From IMG/VR virus record IMGVR_UViG_3300043464_002149: DNA of 64,000 nt. The stretch is one strand, 5' to 3'. Source of the DNA: a virus. Taxonomy: Duplodnaviria > Caudoviricetes. Below the pieces are notes generated by a model that saw only the letters and a list, made by a program, of their open reading frames with translations, made no database searches and had not been told where the DNA came from. This document shows positions 9,708 through 20,095 of the stretch, one piece after another; within the stretch, counting starts at the first letter, position 1, and each line of letters starts with the position of its first letter. A program made the position numbers and the translations under genes.

Positions 9708-10429
9708 AATTCAGGTCTAGTGTATCTTCTACTAACACTCTCAATTTTGTCTTTTAATAAGTTATAAAGATCTAAATCTCTTTCAACATTTATTTCAGAT
9801 AATTTTGATGCGATCTGTATTGATATACCCTCACCCGCACCATTTATTTCTTTATTAATAAATAAATCAGAAAACTCTTTGGCTAATTGTAATTTTTCAT
9901 AATACCCATAGAAAGAATTCTGATTAAATCCTTTTTTATTAATTATTAAAAAATACTCCCATAATGTTGGGAAGTCAATATATTTTGAATATAATCTATT
10001 AGCATATTCGTGATAATATTTCCATTCGGGATTATCTGTAACAATTAAATCTTTAACCCAACCTTTTCCACACTTATGATTTTCTAATGTATCAATATAA
10101 CTAATACCTTCTTTAAAGTCAAATAGTTTTATTTCATTTAGAATTGAATAATCTTTAATGTATGTATCGGCGTCAAGTAGAATGCAAATATCGTGTTGTT
10201 TAAGAACATACTTTGGTAAAATCATTTTATCAGCATATGATTTATATGTTCTATTGTATTCAAATACATGAACGTTTTGTGTGAGGTATTTTTTTGTGAA
10301 ATATTCAGTGTCTTCTGTTAATATATAACAACTAAAACCATGATCAAGAATATTATCTATTTTTTCTACCGTTCCCTTGTAGTAATATTCTTCACCAAAA
10401 CAGAAAATACCAAAACCTATGTTATTCAT
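9686..10429 (-). CDS. putative glycosyltransferase-like protein
   Basis: CILLDADT DxD motif and ILTED motif, inside the GT cluster; family not recognised. Confidence 0.5.
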   Translation of the reverse strand: MNNIGFGIFCFGEEYYYKGTVEKIDNILDHGFSCYILTEDTEYFTKKYLTQNVHVFEYNRTYKSYADKMILPKYVLKQHDICILLDADTYIKDYSILNEIKLFDFKEGISYIDTLENHKCGKGWVKDLIVTDNPEWKYYHEYANRLYSKYIDFPTLWEYFLIINKKGFNQNSFYGYYEKLQLAKEFSDLFINKEINGAGEGISIQIASKLSEINVERDLDLYNLLKDKIESVSRRYTRPEFWPEWMK

Positions 10430-10448
10430 AGGGATAATTTAAGAAAAA

Positions 10449-10625
10449 TTATTCAGATTGTGTAGCGCTTCTTTCTTGCATTAATTCAAGATAAAATTCA
10501 TTTGCATTTAAATCAGTGTCAAATGTGTCTTTTTTAATTTGACCATCAGTATCAACATATTCAACTATATAATATCCAGACATATTACTATTGTCTTGAT
10601 ACATGTTAATAAATTTTCTACTCAT
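10449..10625 (-). CDS. small acidic hypothetical protein (58 aa)
   Basis: Hand-translated MSRKFINMYQDNSNMSGYYIVEYVDTDGQIKKDTFDTDLNANEFYLELMQERSATQSE; start overlaps the upstream stop. Confidence 0.6.
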   Translation of the reverse strand: MSRKFINMYQDNSNMSGYYIVEYVDTDGQIKKDTFDTDLNANEFYLELMQERSATQSE

Positions 10626-10740
10626 TGTCTAAATTGTTTTGAGCTTCTTCTAATGTATAATATATACCAATAAGGTCAGCACCATCAAGCACAAACCAAC
10701 ATTGAATACCATCTTTATCTATACCTTCTTCTATTCTCAT
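10618..10740 (-). CDS. small hypothetical protein (40 aa)
   Basis: Hand-translated MRIEEGIDKDGIQCWFVLDGADLIGIYYTLEEAQNNLDNE; ATGA coupling to the upstream gene. Confidence 0.55.
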   Translation of the reverse strand: MRIEEGIDKDGIQCWFVLDGADLIGIYYTLEEAQNNLDNE

Positions 10741-10940
10741 AGATCAAAATCATTTTGAACAACAGTTAATTCACCAAATAGTGATGATAGTTGTTGTATT
10801 GTGTCATTTATTTTTTCACCATCCATTACAATTTCTTCCATGTAATTGTGATAACGAACGTCATTAAAAATAATTGTTTCACCATCTTTAATGGTTATTT
10901 CAAATTTCTCGTCTGATATTTTTTCTATTGTTATATCCAT
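10737..10940 (-). CDS. small acidic hypothetical protein, possibly fibre-associated
   Basis: 67-aa ORF directly downstream of the lectin genes. Confidence 0.6.
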   Translation of the reverse strand: MDITIEKISDEKFEITIKDGETIIFNDVRYHNYMEEIVMDGEKINDTIQQLSSLFGELTVVQNDFDL

Positions 10941-10951
10941 AATATTAAATA

Positions 10952-11722
10952 TTAAATGTCTGTAAATGCTAAGAAAGCAGCGCCGTAGTTATGATAATCA
11001 GAACCAGAACTATCCCAATACGGTCCATCAACGTAACCACCACCAGCAAAATAATTTCCTGACCAACAACATCCATACCAAAATGGATTGTTATTATATT
11101 GACCAGAACACCCGCAACCGTTTCCGTTTGCGTTATCGAATGTTGATAAACTATACTGATTTACCGCATGATAAGCGTACCAACCTGGTGTAGATCCGCC
11201 AACATCATTAACTATTGATCTTGGGTATAAAAAAGAATAATTACTAGCCCAGCCACTATATTTCCATCTTGATCTTTTGGTATGTGAACCAGATAATCCC
11301 GTTGCTGAAGTTGAAACATATTGATTGACAGTGTTTCCTAAGTATGGCCAATAGTTTAATCCGACCCATAAATTAAAATTTAAATTAGCGTCATATGTTC
11401 CTCTAGTATTAACAACCGCACCAGTTGCGTTTGCAAATGTTAAGTTATTCATTCCACCAGTATTGATTCTATTGGCTATAACCATAGTCCACACTCTTGT
11501 TGAATCAAAATCAAAATTTAGATAAAATTGATTTGCTCCCAATCCACCTGGATTCAACCAATAAATTCCATTGGTTGTTATACCAGCATTAAACTTTAAA
11601 TAGTTTGCAGATGGTGCTGCCTTTTCTGCTGTTGATCCATCTAATAATAACGTAAAATTAGATGTCCCAGATGAGTCGAAAGACCTTGTACCTAACTGTG
11701 ATGTACCGATGAATATTGACAT
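10952..11722 (-). CDS. fibrinogen C-terminal-like (FReD) domain protein, putative receptor-binding/lectin
   Basis: NGIYWLNP...WTMVIANR...STFDNAN..CGC...NPFWYGCCWSGN matches the FReD pattern (STxDxD, CA, WWYxxC). Confidence 0.7.
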   Translation of the reverse strand: MSIFIGTSQLGTRSFDSSGTSNFTLLLDGSTAEKAAPSANYLKFNAGITTNGIYWLNPGGLGANQFYLNFDFDSTRVWTMVIANRINTGGMNNLTFANATGAVVNTRGTYDANLNFNLWVGLNYWPYLGNTVNQYVSTSATGLSGSHTKRSRWKYSGWASNYSFLYPRSIVNDVGGSTPGWYAYHAVNQYSLSTFDNANGNGCGCSGQYNNNPFWYGCCWSGNYFAGGGYVDGPYWDSSGSDYHNYGAAFLAFTDI

Positions 11723-11725
11723 AAT

Positions 11726-12523
11726 TTATGCAAATAATGTTGTCCCCATTTGTGTAAATAGGTTGCTATAATAATTATAGACTTCGTTTATTCTTGTTGA
11801 GTTTAAATCAACATTCCATACCATACAAGAGTGTAAATACCCCACTTCCATTATTCCCGTATATCCATTACCTATTCTCACTGTACTTGATCTTAATATG
11901 TTTGTATCGCTTCTATTACCATAATCAGTTACCCAACCAGATTGTGATGTGTAGTAAAACCCGCTAGAGTGATTTGCTGTACCTTTAATTGCAATAAAAT
12001 TCCACTGATTTAATGTATATGCTTTAGTGCTTGCATAATCATATGTACCTTCTTGTCCACCGGCTCTATAATAAGAAAGAGTATTAGCTACTTCCCATGT
12101 TGTTGCTAATTCCTGTTGATACGATGCATATGATGTACCCGCCTTTTCAAATAAATTGTGTCTCGCGCTATTAGAAGGAAACCAATATATCAAAACTAAC
12201 GTAAATGCCCCTCTCAAGTCAACTCTATCTGCTTGTGTGCTATTTGCACTTTCCCACCAACTTTGACCATTAAACGCTATTGCTGGTACACTATTAACCC
12301 AAACTTTAGGTGTTGGTGTTGTTGCATAGGGTTCACCACTATTTCTGCTATTAAAACACATACCATAAACCGAATCACACCATGTAGATGAACCACCTTG
12401 GTAGTTATTCGCATTTAAATCTAACACCAATCCATCTGTGGGGAAATTATAAAATGATTTAATTTCTGCCCCAGAATTGGCACTTGATGACGATATACTA
12501 TTTCCACCTATTATTAAACTCAT
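11726..12523 (-). CDS. LamG/concanavalin A-like virion protein
   Basis: TDGLVLDLNA, WNFIAI, IGNG...YLHSCMVWNVDLN. Confidence 0.75.
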   Translation of the reverse strand: MSLIIGGNSISSSSANSGAEIKSFYNFPTDGLVLDLNANNYQGGSSTWCDSVYGMCFNSRNSGEPYATTPTPKVWVNSVPAIAFNGQSWWESANSTQADRVDLRGAFTLVLIYWFPSNSARHNLFEKAGTSYASYQQELATTWEVANTLSYYRAGGQEGTYDYASTKAYTLNQWNFIAIKGTANHSSGFYYTSQSGWVTDYGNRSDTNILRSSTVRIGNGYTGIMEVGYLHSCMVWNVDLNSTRINEVYNYYSNLFTQMGTTLFA

Positions 12524-13956
12524 TATAATCCGAATCTTGCTTTTTGTGTTCTAAAAGCTTGACCTGCTTCATCAGCAGATAAAACTCTGTTATATACTTT
12601 ACATAATCCCATTTGACCATCAATACTAAAGCCAGTATTTCCTCCCCAAGATCCATAAGGATATAAAGTGAAAACACCAGCGCCAACATTTGCATTTCCC
12701 GCTGATGGTGCGTCACCAGTTATCCCGTGACTTCTTGATCCACTAAATTCACCACCATTTATATAGTAACCCATGTTTGTTGAATCTGCCCAACAAACAA
12801 TGTGCGTCCATGTATTGTTAGATAGTGTTCTAGCAAACCCAATATCAGTAGCTGTTGAACCAGCGAATAAATAGAATGAACCAGGGAATATCCAAATATT
12901 ATATTGTCCAGAACCATTCCATGGTTTTGTGAAATAAACACCACCAGTATCAGATGATTTTACCCACATTTCGATTGTCATTGTTGAACGACCGATAGCA
13001 CCATTTGGTGACCATGCAAAATCTGGGGCACTTCCACTGAAAATACCCATTCCACCAACACCATCAAAATTAATTATACCCTCGTTACTAGAACTATAAG
13101 AATATCCATTATAAAGTGTTAATGTTCTGCTATTACCGCTTAGATCTGTCATAGATCCACCACTACCAGGGTATGAAGCTAATGATGCTGGATCAACCCA
13201 AGCTTGTAAGCCTCTCGTTATACCATGATATTTTTCTCTTGTTGCAAAATAATTTTGTAGAACCTCAGATGGTGTTAATGCTCTATTGTAAATTCTAACT
13301 TCAGCTATACTACCACTAAACTGTCTTGAAGACCCTTCTCTACCAATACTTAAATCTGTACCTGGCGCTCCTCCATTTGTTGTGGAAGCCATTCCAACAA
13401 AAGTTCCATTAACATATTGATATAATTTATCAGCCCTTCCGTCCCAAACCGTACACCAATGATGCCAAGTTTTTCTTGCTGACGGGCCGTTTGTTTCATG
13501 ATATCCATTACTAGTACTACAATACCAATATGTTGACAAATATTGATTTGATTTATTCCAACTCATATATTGCCCACAACCACCACCAGTTAATAATATA
13601 ATTGTTCCTCTATCGCCAGATGTTACTTCAGATGCTGCGGCATATATCCACGCCTCAAAAGTTCCTTGAACGTTTGGTTGTGTGCCGCCATATGTGCCAT
13701 TTATCCATGCGCCATCAAAGTTCATGTTAAATCCTTTCACACCATTAAACGTCGATGTACCCATACCGTTTAGTATAGATAAATTACTATGGTCCCTGGC
13801 AATATTATTCCATGTGCTACCACCATTTGGATAAGAATAAAAGTTGTTTACATCATAGTAGGCTTGAAGACCTGCTCTAATAATATTTTCTTTGAATATA
13901 CCACCAGATGTTATGTCATCTTTATCCAACACATTTGTTTTTACATATACTGGCAT
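12523..13956 (-). CDS. tandem two-LamG-domain virion protein
   Basis: Two units ending FSGSIAEVRIYNRALT and DGQMGLCKVYNRVLS; WHHWCTVWDG and WTHIVCWAD. Confidence 0.85.
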   Translation of the reverse strand: MPVYVKTNVLDKDDITSGGIFKENIIRAGLQAYYDVNNFYSYPNGGSTWNNIARDHSNLSILNGMGTSTFNGVKGFNMNFDGAWINGTYGGTQPNVQGTFEAWIYAAASEVTSGDRGTIILLTGGGCGQYMSWNKSNQYLSTYWYCSTSNGYHETNGPSARKTWHHWCTVWDGRADKLYQYVNGTFVGMASTTNGGAPGTDLSIGREGSSRQFSGSIAEVRIYNRALTPSEVLQNYFATREKYHGITRGLQAWVDPASLASYPGSGGSMTDLSGNSRTLTLYNGYSYSSSNEGIINFDGVGGMGIFSGSAPDFAWSPNGAIGRSTMTIEMWVKSSDTGGVYFTKPWNGSGQYNIWIFPGSFYLFAGSTATDIGFARTLSNNTWTHIVCWADSTNMGYYINGGEFSGSRSHGITGDAPSAGNANVGAGVFTLYPYGSWGGNTGFSIDGQMGLCKVYNRVLSADEAGQAFRTQKARFGL

Positions 13957-13957
13957 A

Positions 13958-16900
13958 CTATATAATTTCCTCTAATGATATTTTAAATTTCTTTCCGTTG
14001 TTATTGTTTATAATATACAGATTTTCCGCTCCTTCCTGAATAGTCCAATTACCATTTGTTCCATCAACATCATTACCTTCAGGTTTACCCATATTACTTA
14101 AGTGTAAGTCGTTTGTATAAACGTTTCTCCAACCAAAAGACGCTGTACCCAAATCATATGTATTATTAGCAAACGGTCTTAAATGTCCGTCAGATTGTAA
14201 TCTAACTCTCTGTACTGCATTTGACCACAAATCCATATTACCAAAGTCTGTATAAATGTTTAAACCACCATCACCAGCCCATGATGATGTGTTTTGATTT
14301 CCAATCCAAATATATCCATTTCTACTACCTGCTCTCATATTAAGTTGGCAATACTGATCAGCACTTGTGCTGGTATTTTCAAATCTAACCATTTCGTTAG
14401 ACCCTCTAACATGAAATTTAAGTGCAGGACTAGCGCCGACACCAACACTTCCATCCATTCTAACATCACCACCCATCCAAACATTTCCATTGTTACCATA
14501 GATAGACATTCTACTACCACCATTACCAACAAAAACATATTCGTTCGGATTGTCGCTGTTTCCCCAAATGTTGCCAGGACCACTAGCGCCATTTGTACCA
14601 TATTGTGCACTAGCATTACCAGCCCAGAATAACCCCCACCCATTATTACTACCAGGTGCACCTGCAACAATTGACATCCATCCACTATAGTCAGCCCCAA
14701 ATCTAAATGGTGCATTACCATCTCCATTACCAGAACTTGTTATTGCACCAGTAACAGAGTTAAATGTAACATTACTGTTTGTATTCAAGTTTTGGTTTGC
14801 AGAATAACCGGCACCAGACATTGCATAAGATGTGAAGTTACCTGAATGTAAAAGGGTTCTTGAAGTTGATCCATCATAAAATGCACCACCACCATATACA
14901 TACGTGCTTCCAGTCCCCTTAATATACGTTCCCAACCCACTAGTTGTATTGTAACCAAAAGAATCTGATTGGCCCGAAAAATTGATTGCGGTTCCGCTAG
15001 ATACTGTTGTAATTACACCAGTCATTGTACCACCACCTAAAGGTAATGCGTATGAGTTATAGTTACCAGCTGTTAATATTAAACTATTATTTGCGAAAAG
15101 ACCTGTTGTTGATGCTTTTGTTGTTAGATATTGATATGCAGAACCATTGTATAGAGCTATACCTGCCCTGCCATAATTAGCACCAGCAGCTGTTGTTGAG
15201 TACATGTGAAGTGTACCTAAGTCACCATCATATCCACTTTCATTCCATCTTGCATCAGATTTTATTACACCTGAGCCATAATTCCAGAAAACATCATGAC
15301 ATCCAACAACTTGTTCTGAATCGGTATTACTACTTAAAGCCCCTAAGCTGTTTAATGTTTGGTCACCAGTATTTGTTCCCGATGAACTTCCGCTAAAGTT
15401 TGATGCACCAATAGTACCACTAATAGTTAAATTTCCACTAGTTGATAAAGTGAAGTGTTTGTTTGCCGAACCAGCACCCATAGATATTTCACCACTATGA
15501 TTTAAGGCTATATATGTATTTGATGGTGTATATGAACTATTGCTAGTACCTAAAAATATATCAATACCACCATCTCCCAAATATGTTCTTGCTCCCGAAG
15601 CAAATGAATCACTAACACTATCCATTTGAATTCTAAATAACCCATTTGTATCTCCACTATCACCATTAATTGTTAGTGGTTGTGTTGATGTCGTTGCTTG
15701 GGTATATGTTCCGTTGTTAGTTAATCCTGCAAATGTAGGTGAACTTGATGTTAGAACCGCTTGATTTAAAACAGAACCATATCCAGTTGTGGATGATAAT
15801 GTGATTTGTGCAGATCCAGAGACCGTTCCGCTTGGTAATCCTGCAATGATTTGTGCGGAACCAGAAACAGTACCACTCGGTAATGCCGCAACAATTTGAG
15901 CCGATCCAGAAACAATACCACTTGGTATGTTAGATAAACTTGGGTAAGATATTTGAGAAGAACCAGATACTACACCCTCAGCATTCAATCTTGTTTTTAT
16001 TCCTGTTGAATAATTTGTTGTTGCCGTTAAATCAATTTGAGATGATCCTGAAACTAACCCACTAGGAATCCCCGAGATTGAACCAAATGATATTTGACTA
16101 GATCCAGAAACCAATGTTGGTTTATCTGTAATCCCATTAAAAGATATTTGAGCAGACCCAGAAACAACACTTATACCATTAAAGAATGAACCTGAATGTA
16201 TTGTTGTTCCGGCTAGTACTTGTGAAGATCCGGATACTAAACCAGAAGGAACACCAGTTATACTTCCGAATGCAATTTGTGATGAACCTGATACTAATGT
16301 TGGTTTATCAGTTATTCCATTAAAAGAAACTTGACTTGATCCAGAAAAAACACCTTCAGCATTTAATCTATTTTTAATTGTTGTATTAATAGAAGATGTA
16401 AATGAATTTAAACTTCCTGTTGCTGTTTCTATATTACCTAATCTTGTATTAGTAGATGATGTATATGAATTTAAACTTCCTGTAGATGTTTCAATTGATG
16501 TTAATCTACTACCAGCACTTGAGGTAAAACTATTTAAACTACTAGTTGCTGTATGAATAGCGGATATATTTGTATTATTACTACTTGTGTAACTATTCAA
16601 ACTACTAGTTGCTGTGTGAATAGCACTTATATTTGTGTTATTAGAACTAGTATAAGAGTTTAAACTACTTGTTGCTGTATGTAATGCATTTATATTCGTA
16701 GTGTTACTACTTGTATATGAATTTAACGAACTAGTAGTAGCTTGTAATGTACCTATAACTGTATTGTTACTACTTGTATAACTATTAAGACTACTTGTTG
16801 CTGTATGAATTGCATTAATGTTAGTAGTATTACTACTTGTATATGAATTTAATGAGCTAATCGCCGTATTATTACTACTCGTATATGAATTTAAACTAGC

Positions 16901-19900
16901 TGTTGTGCTCTCAAGTGCACTTACGTTTGAAGTTACATTTAAATTAGTCCCAACACCATTAGCCAATGTTGAGATATCAAGATATGCTCCTCTCGCATTA
17001 CCACCTTGTTCAAAAATTCTTAATCTATTTTGCCAAACATCGATTGTCACACCTTCACCTGAAAGTGTTGTGTTGGTTGTTGCTTTACCCAATAAAATTT
17101 CACCTCCTTCATCCCCACCTGTAGCATTTACTGTTATTTTATTTCCGCCAGCAACAATTAATGAACCTGTAATTTCAGTATTTGAATTAACACTTACCTT
17201 TGTTCCTGTGTCGGTAATATTACTATCACCAACGTGTTCAGCATTTACTGATTTTAATATTTTATTTGTTGTTGGGTACAATTCAGAACCAAGACTATTA
17301 ATACTTTGTGGACCCATTAATAATACTGAAGATGTTACTGTCGATTGATTTTGATGAACAAATATCCATTGGTCATTAATTGAATCAAATAACATTGAAC
17401 CAGAGACAGTTGGGGAAGACCCACTATCGATAACCGCCAACCCACCGAATCTCGTTTCAGGATTTTGAGCATTTACTGTGATTAAATTAGTACCAATGTT
17501 TAAAGTACTTTGAGAAACGAAATTAATTGAAGATGAACCACCAACAATTAAATTTTGTGAAATAAATAATGAACCTGTAATTGTTTGACTACCTTGGAAA
17601 ACATTGCTACCTGTTGTTGCGTAACTTCCAGTTTTACCTTCAATGGATGTTAGTCTATTATCTTGTCCTAGATCAGTTGTTGCTAATGATGAACTAAATG
17701 TATTATAACCTGTTGTTTGTGTTAATGATACTTGAGCAGAACCAGATATAACATCATCAGTATTAAGTTTATTCTTAATTGTTGTATTGATTGATGATGT
17801 AAATGTGTTTAAACTTGAGGTTGATGTATGAATAGCATTTATGTTTGTGTTATTACTACTTGTATAAGAGTTTAAACTTCCTGTAGATGTTTCAATTGAT
17901 GTTAATCTACTACCAGCACTTGATGTGAATGTATTCAAACTACTAGTTGATGTTTCAATTGTTGACAATCTAGTGTTTGTACTAGAAGTATAGCTGTTTA
18001 AGCTACTCGTTGCTGTGTGAATAGCATTGATATTTGTTATATTAGAGCTAGTGTATGTATTTAAACTACCAGTAGTTGTTTCTAACGCTGTTAATCTACT
18101 ATTTTGTGTATTGTTTGTTGTATTATTAGAACTTGTATAAGAATTAAAATCTGTTCTAATACTACCAGATGCTGTTTCTAATAATGATAATCTAGTATTA
18201 GCACTTGAGCTAAATGTGTTTAAACTTCCTGTCGATGTTTCTATATTATTTAATCTACTATTTGTACTAGATGTGTAAGAATTTAAACTAGATGTAGTCG
18301 ATTCAATTGAACTCAATCTTACACCTGCACTTGATGTAAATGAATTTAAGCTACCTGTAGATGTTTCAATATTTCCTAATCTTGTATTCGTTGATGATGT
18401 AAATGTATTTAATGAACTAGTGGTAGATTCTATTACCCCTAATTTAGTATTTGTACTTGATGTAAAACTATTTAAACTACCTGTTGCAGTGTGAATAGCA
18501 TTAATGTTTGTAGTGTTTGAACTTGTATAAGAATTTAAACTACCTGTTGTAGTTTCAATACTACCTATTTTTGTATTAAGTGATGAACTTAATGATTGTA
18601 AGTCAATACCATCAACTGTTCCCGTTAAATCTATTGATCCAGATACAACAATATCATTTGCAAACACGACCGGTGTACCACCAACAGAAGATTGGATTTT
18701 TTGACCACTTAATACCTCGACAGGCCCTTTTAACATTATCTTACCATTGGTTGGATCTAATAAAATATCACCGTCCGCGCTAGATTTTAATTCAATATCA
18801 CCATCGGCAGTTTGTAAAATAATTGAGTCTGTTGTGCCCTCTAAAATTTTAATTGATTGACCAGAATCTGTTGTGATTGTTAATTCTTGAGCTGTAGATG
18901 ATAATACTTTTGTCCCATCAATATATAATGAACCTGATGAGATATAAACATCTCTCCATTGATATTCGGTGCTACCTAAATCATATGTATTATCTACTGA
19001 TGGTAATATTGATCCACTGTGTGTTTGTGTACCCTTGAATAAATTTGAACCAGTTGTTGCAAAACCGTATGCTGTAACTTGCGCTGAACTTGATACTAGA
19101 TTTGATCCGTTTAATATTTGTGATGAACCAGAAATTACACCATCATTATCTAATTTAGATTTAATTGTTGTGTTAATAGAAGAAGTAAAACTATTTAAAC
19201 TTCCACTACTTGTTTCTAACGCAGTTAATCTGTTATCTTGATTTAAATCTATTGTTGCAATTGAACTTGATAAACTTCCAATACTACTTGTTAAAGATGA
19301 ACTTAAACTTGTAATCGTTGATGTTAAACCACTTGTTGTTGTTGCAACACTTGAACTTAAGCTTGATATGGTGCTTGTTAAACCACTAGTTGTTGTTGCA
19401 ACACTTGAACTAAGACTATCAAAACTATTTGAAATACTTGAACTAAATGTACTATATCCAGTAGTTCCAGTTATATTAACTTGTACACTACCTGAAATAA
19501 CATTGTCACTGTCTAATTTTGACTTGATCGTTGTATTAATAGATGAAGTAAAACTATTTAAACTTCCTGATGATGTTTCAAGTGATGAAACTCTATTATT
19601 ATTACTTGATGTATATGATTGGAAAGTTGTTTCATCTAACTTTCCTGTTCCAATTGCTTGACCATTTAATGAAATTGAACCGGTTATCTGAACAGAGCCG
19701 GTAAATTGATGCACATCGTTGTTATCGTTACCAAATGCTGAAGAACCACTAGCAAAACTTGTGGTCATATAAATTACTGATGAACTTACAATATACTCAT
19801 TAGCAATAAGTGCTCCGGTAACCGATAAATTACCCTGAATTTGAGTGTTTTTATTAACAGTGAATCCTGATGTGGTAATAGATGCTGTAGCGTCTCCACT

Positions 19901-20041
19901 TGCTATTTGTGAAAGGTTTAAACCGGTGACACCTGAGGCTTGAATCCCAGATAATCCCGAACCATCACCAATAAATGAACCAGTAAAGGCTGAGGCTGTG
20001 ACAGACCCCGAAATATTGAGTAACGAACCGTATAATTCCAT
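13958..20041 (-). CDS. long Ser/Thr-rich tail fibre B (2027 aa)
   Basis: Many TSSLNSYTSS coiled-coil-like repeats, SGSSQI repeats, and a C-terminal NTYDLG..W.NVYTNDLHLSN...WTIQEG..LYIINN motif typical of phage fibres. Confidence 0.85.
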   Translation of the reverse strand: MELYGSLLNISGSVTASAFTGSFIGDGSGLSGIQASGVTGLNLSQIASGDATASITTSGFTVNKNTQIQGNLSVTGALIANEYIVSSSVIYMTTSFASGSSAFGNDNNDVHQFTGSVQITGSISLNGQAIGTGKLDETTFQSYTSSNNNRVSSLETSSGSLNSFTSSINTTIKSKLDSDNVISGSVQVNITGTTGYSTFSSSISNSFDSLSSSVATTTSGLTSTISSLSSSVATTTSGLTSTITSLSSSLTSSIGSLSSSIATIDLNQDNRLTALETSSGSLNSFTSSINTTIKSKLDNDGVISGSSQILNGSNLVSSSAQVTAYGFATTGSNLFKGTQTHSGSILPSVDNTYDLGSTEYQWRDVYISSGSLYIDGTKVLSSTAQELTITTDSGQSIKILEGTTDSIILQTADGDIELKSSADGDILLDPTNGKIMLKGPVEVLSGQKIQSSVGGTPVVFANDIVVSGSIDLTGTVDGIDLQSLSSSLNTKIGSIETTTGSLNSYTSSNTTNINAIHTATGSLNSFTSSTNTKLGVIESTTSSLNTFTSSTNTRLGNIETSTGSLNSFTSSAGVRLSSIESTTSSLNSYTSSTNSRLNNIETSTGSLNTFSSSANTRLSLLETASGSIRTDFNSYTSSNNTTNNTQNSRLTALETTTGSLNTYTSSNITNINAIHTATSSLNSYTSSTNTRLSTIETSTSSLNTFTSSAGSRLTSIETSTGSLNSYTSSNNTNINAIHTSTSSLNTFTSSINTTIKNKLNTDDVISGSAQVSLTQTTGYNTFSSSLATTDLGQDNRLTSIEGKTGSYATTGSNVFQGSQTITGSLFISQNLIVGGSSSINFVSQSTLNIGTNLITVNAQNPETRFGGLAVIDSGSSPTVSGSMLFDSINDQWIFVHQNQSTVTSSVLLMGPQSINSLGSELYPTTNKILKSVNAEHVGDSNITDTGTKVSVNSNTEITGSLIVAGGNKITVNATGGDEGGEILLGKATTNTTLSGEGVTIDVWQNRLRIFEQGGNARGAYLDISTLANGVGTNLNVTSNVSALESTTASLNSYTSSNNTAISSLNSYTSSNTTNINAIHTATSSLNSYTSSNNTVIGTLQATTSSLNSYTSSNTTNINALHTATSSLNSYTSSNNTNISAIHTATSSLNSYTSSNNTNISAIHTATSSLNSFTSSAGSRLTSIETSTGSLNSYTSSTNTRLGNIETATGSLNSFTSSINTTIKNRLNAEGVFSGSSQVSFNGITDKPTLVSGSSQIAFGSITGVPSGLVSGSSQVLAGTTIHSGSFFNGISVVSGSAQISFNGITDKPTLVSGSSQISFGSISGIPSGLVSGSSQIDLTATTNYSTGIKTRLNAEGVVSGSSQISYPSLSNIPSGIVSGSAQIVAALPSGTVSGSAQIIAGLPSGTVSGSAQITLSSTTGYGSVLNQAVLTSSSPTFAGLTNNGTYTQATTSTQPLTINGDSGDTNGLFRIQMDSVSDSFASGARTYLGDGGIDIFLGTSNSSYTPSNTYIALNHSGEISMGAGSANKHFTLSTSGNLTISGTIGASNFSGSSSGTNTGDQTLNSLGALSSNTDSEQVVGCHDVFWNYGSGVIKSDARWNESGYDGDLGTLHMYSTTAAGANYGRAGIALYNGSAYQYLTTKASTTGLFANNSLILTAGNYNSYALPLGGGTMTGVITTVSSGTAINFSGQSDSFGYNTTSGLGTYIKGTGSTYVYGGGAFYDGSTSRTLLHSGNFTSYAMSGAGYSANQNLNTNSNVTFNSVTGAITSSGNGDGNAPFRFGADYSGWMSIVAGAPGSNNGWGLFWAGNASAQYGTNGASGPGNIWGNSDNPNEYVFVGNGGSRMSIYGNNGNVWMGGDVRMDGSVGVGASPALKFHVRGSNEMVRFENTSTSADQYCQLNMRAGSRNGYIWIGNQNTSSWAGDGGLNIYTDFGNMDLWSNAVQRVRLQSDGHLRPFANNTYDLGTASFGWRNVYTNDLHLSNMGKPEGNDVDGTNGNWTIQEGAENLYIINNNNGKKFKISLEEII

Positions 20042-20057
20042 TAATTTATAGTTTAAC

Positions 20058-20065
20058 TATAAATA
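20058..20065 (-). promoter_or_regulatory. TATTTATA upstream motif (representative instance)
   Basis: Also at 27544, 29716, 32807, 33585, 36176, 38223, 40060, 41761, 44082, 46755, 55026, 59458, 60662 and 61335, and on the + strand at 48501 before a + gene. Confidence 0.6.
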
Positions 20066-20095
20066 TTAACAGAACTGATTAGGGTAGGGATTATT

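Noticed and set aside
16350-18600. Regularly spaced repeats resembling a CRISPR array
   Set aside because: Degenerate in-frame coding repeats (TSSLNSYTSS) with synonymous variation, not identical repeats separated by unique spacers.
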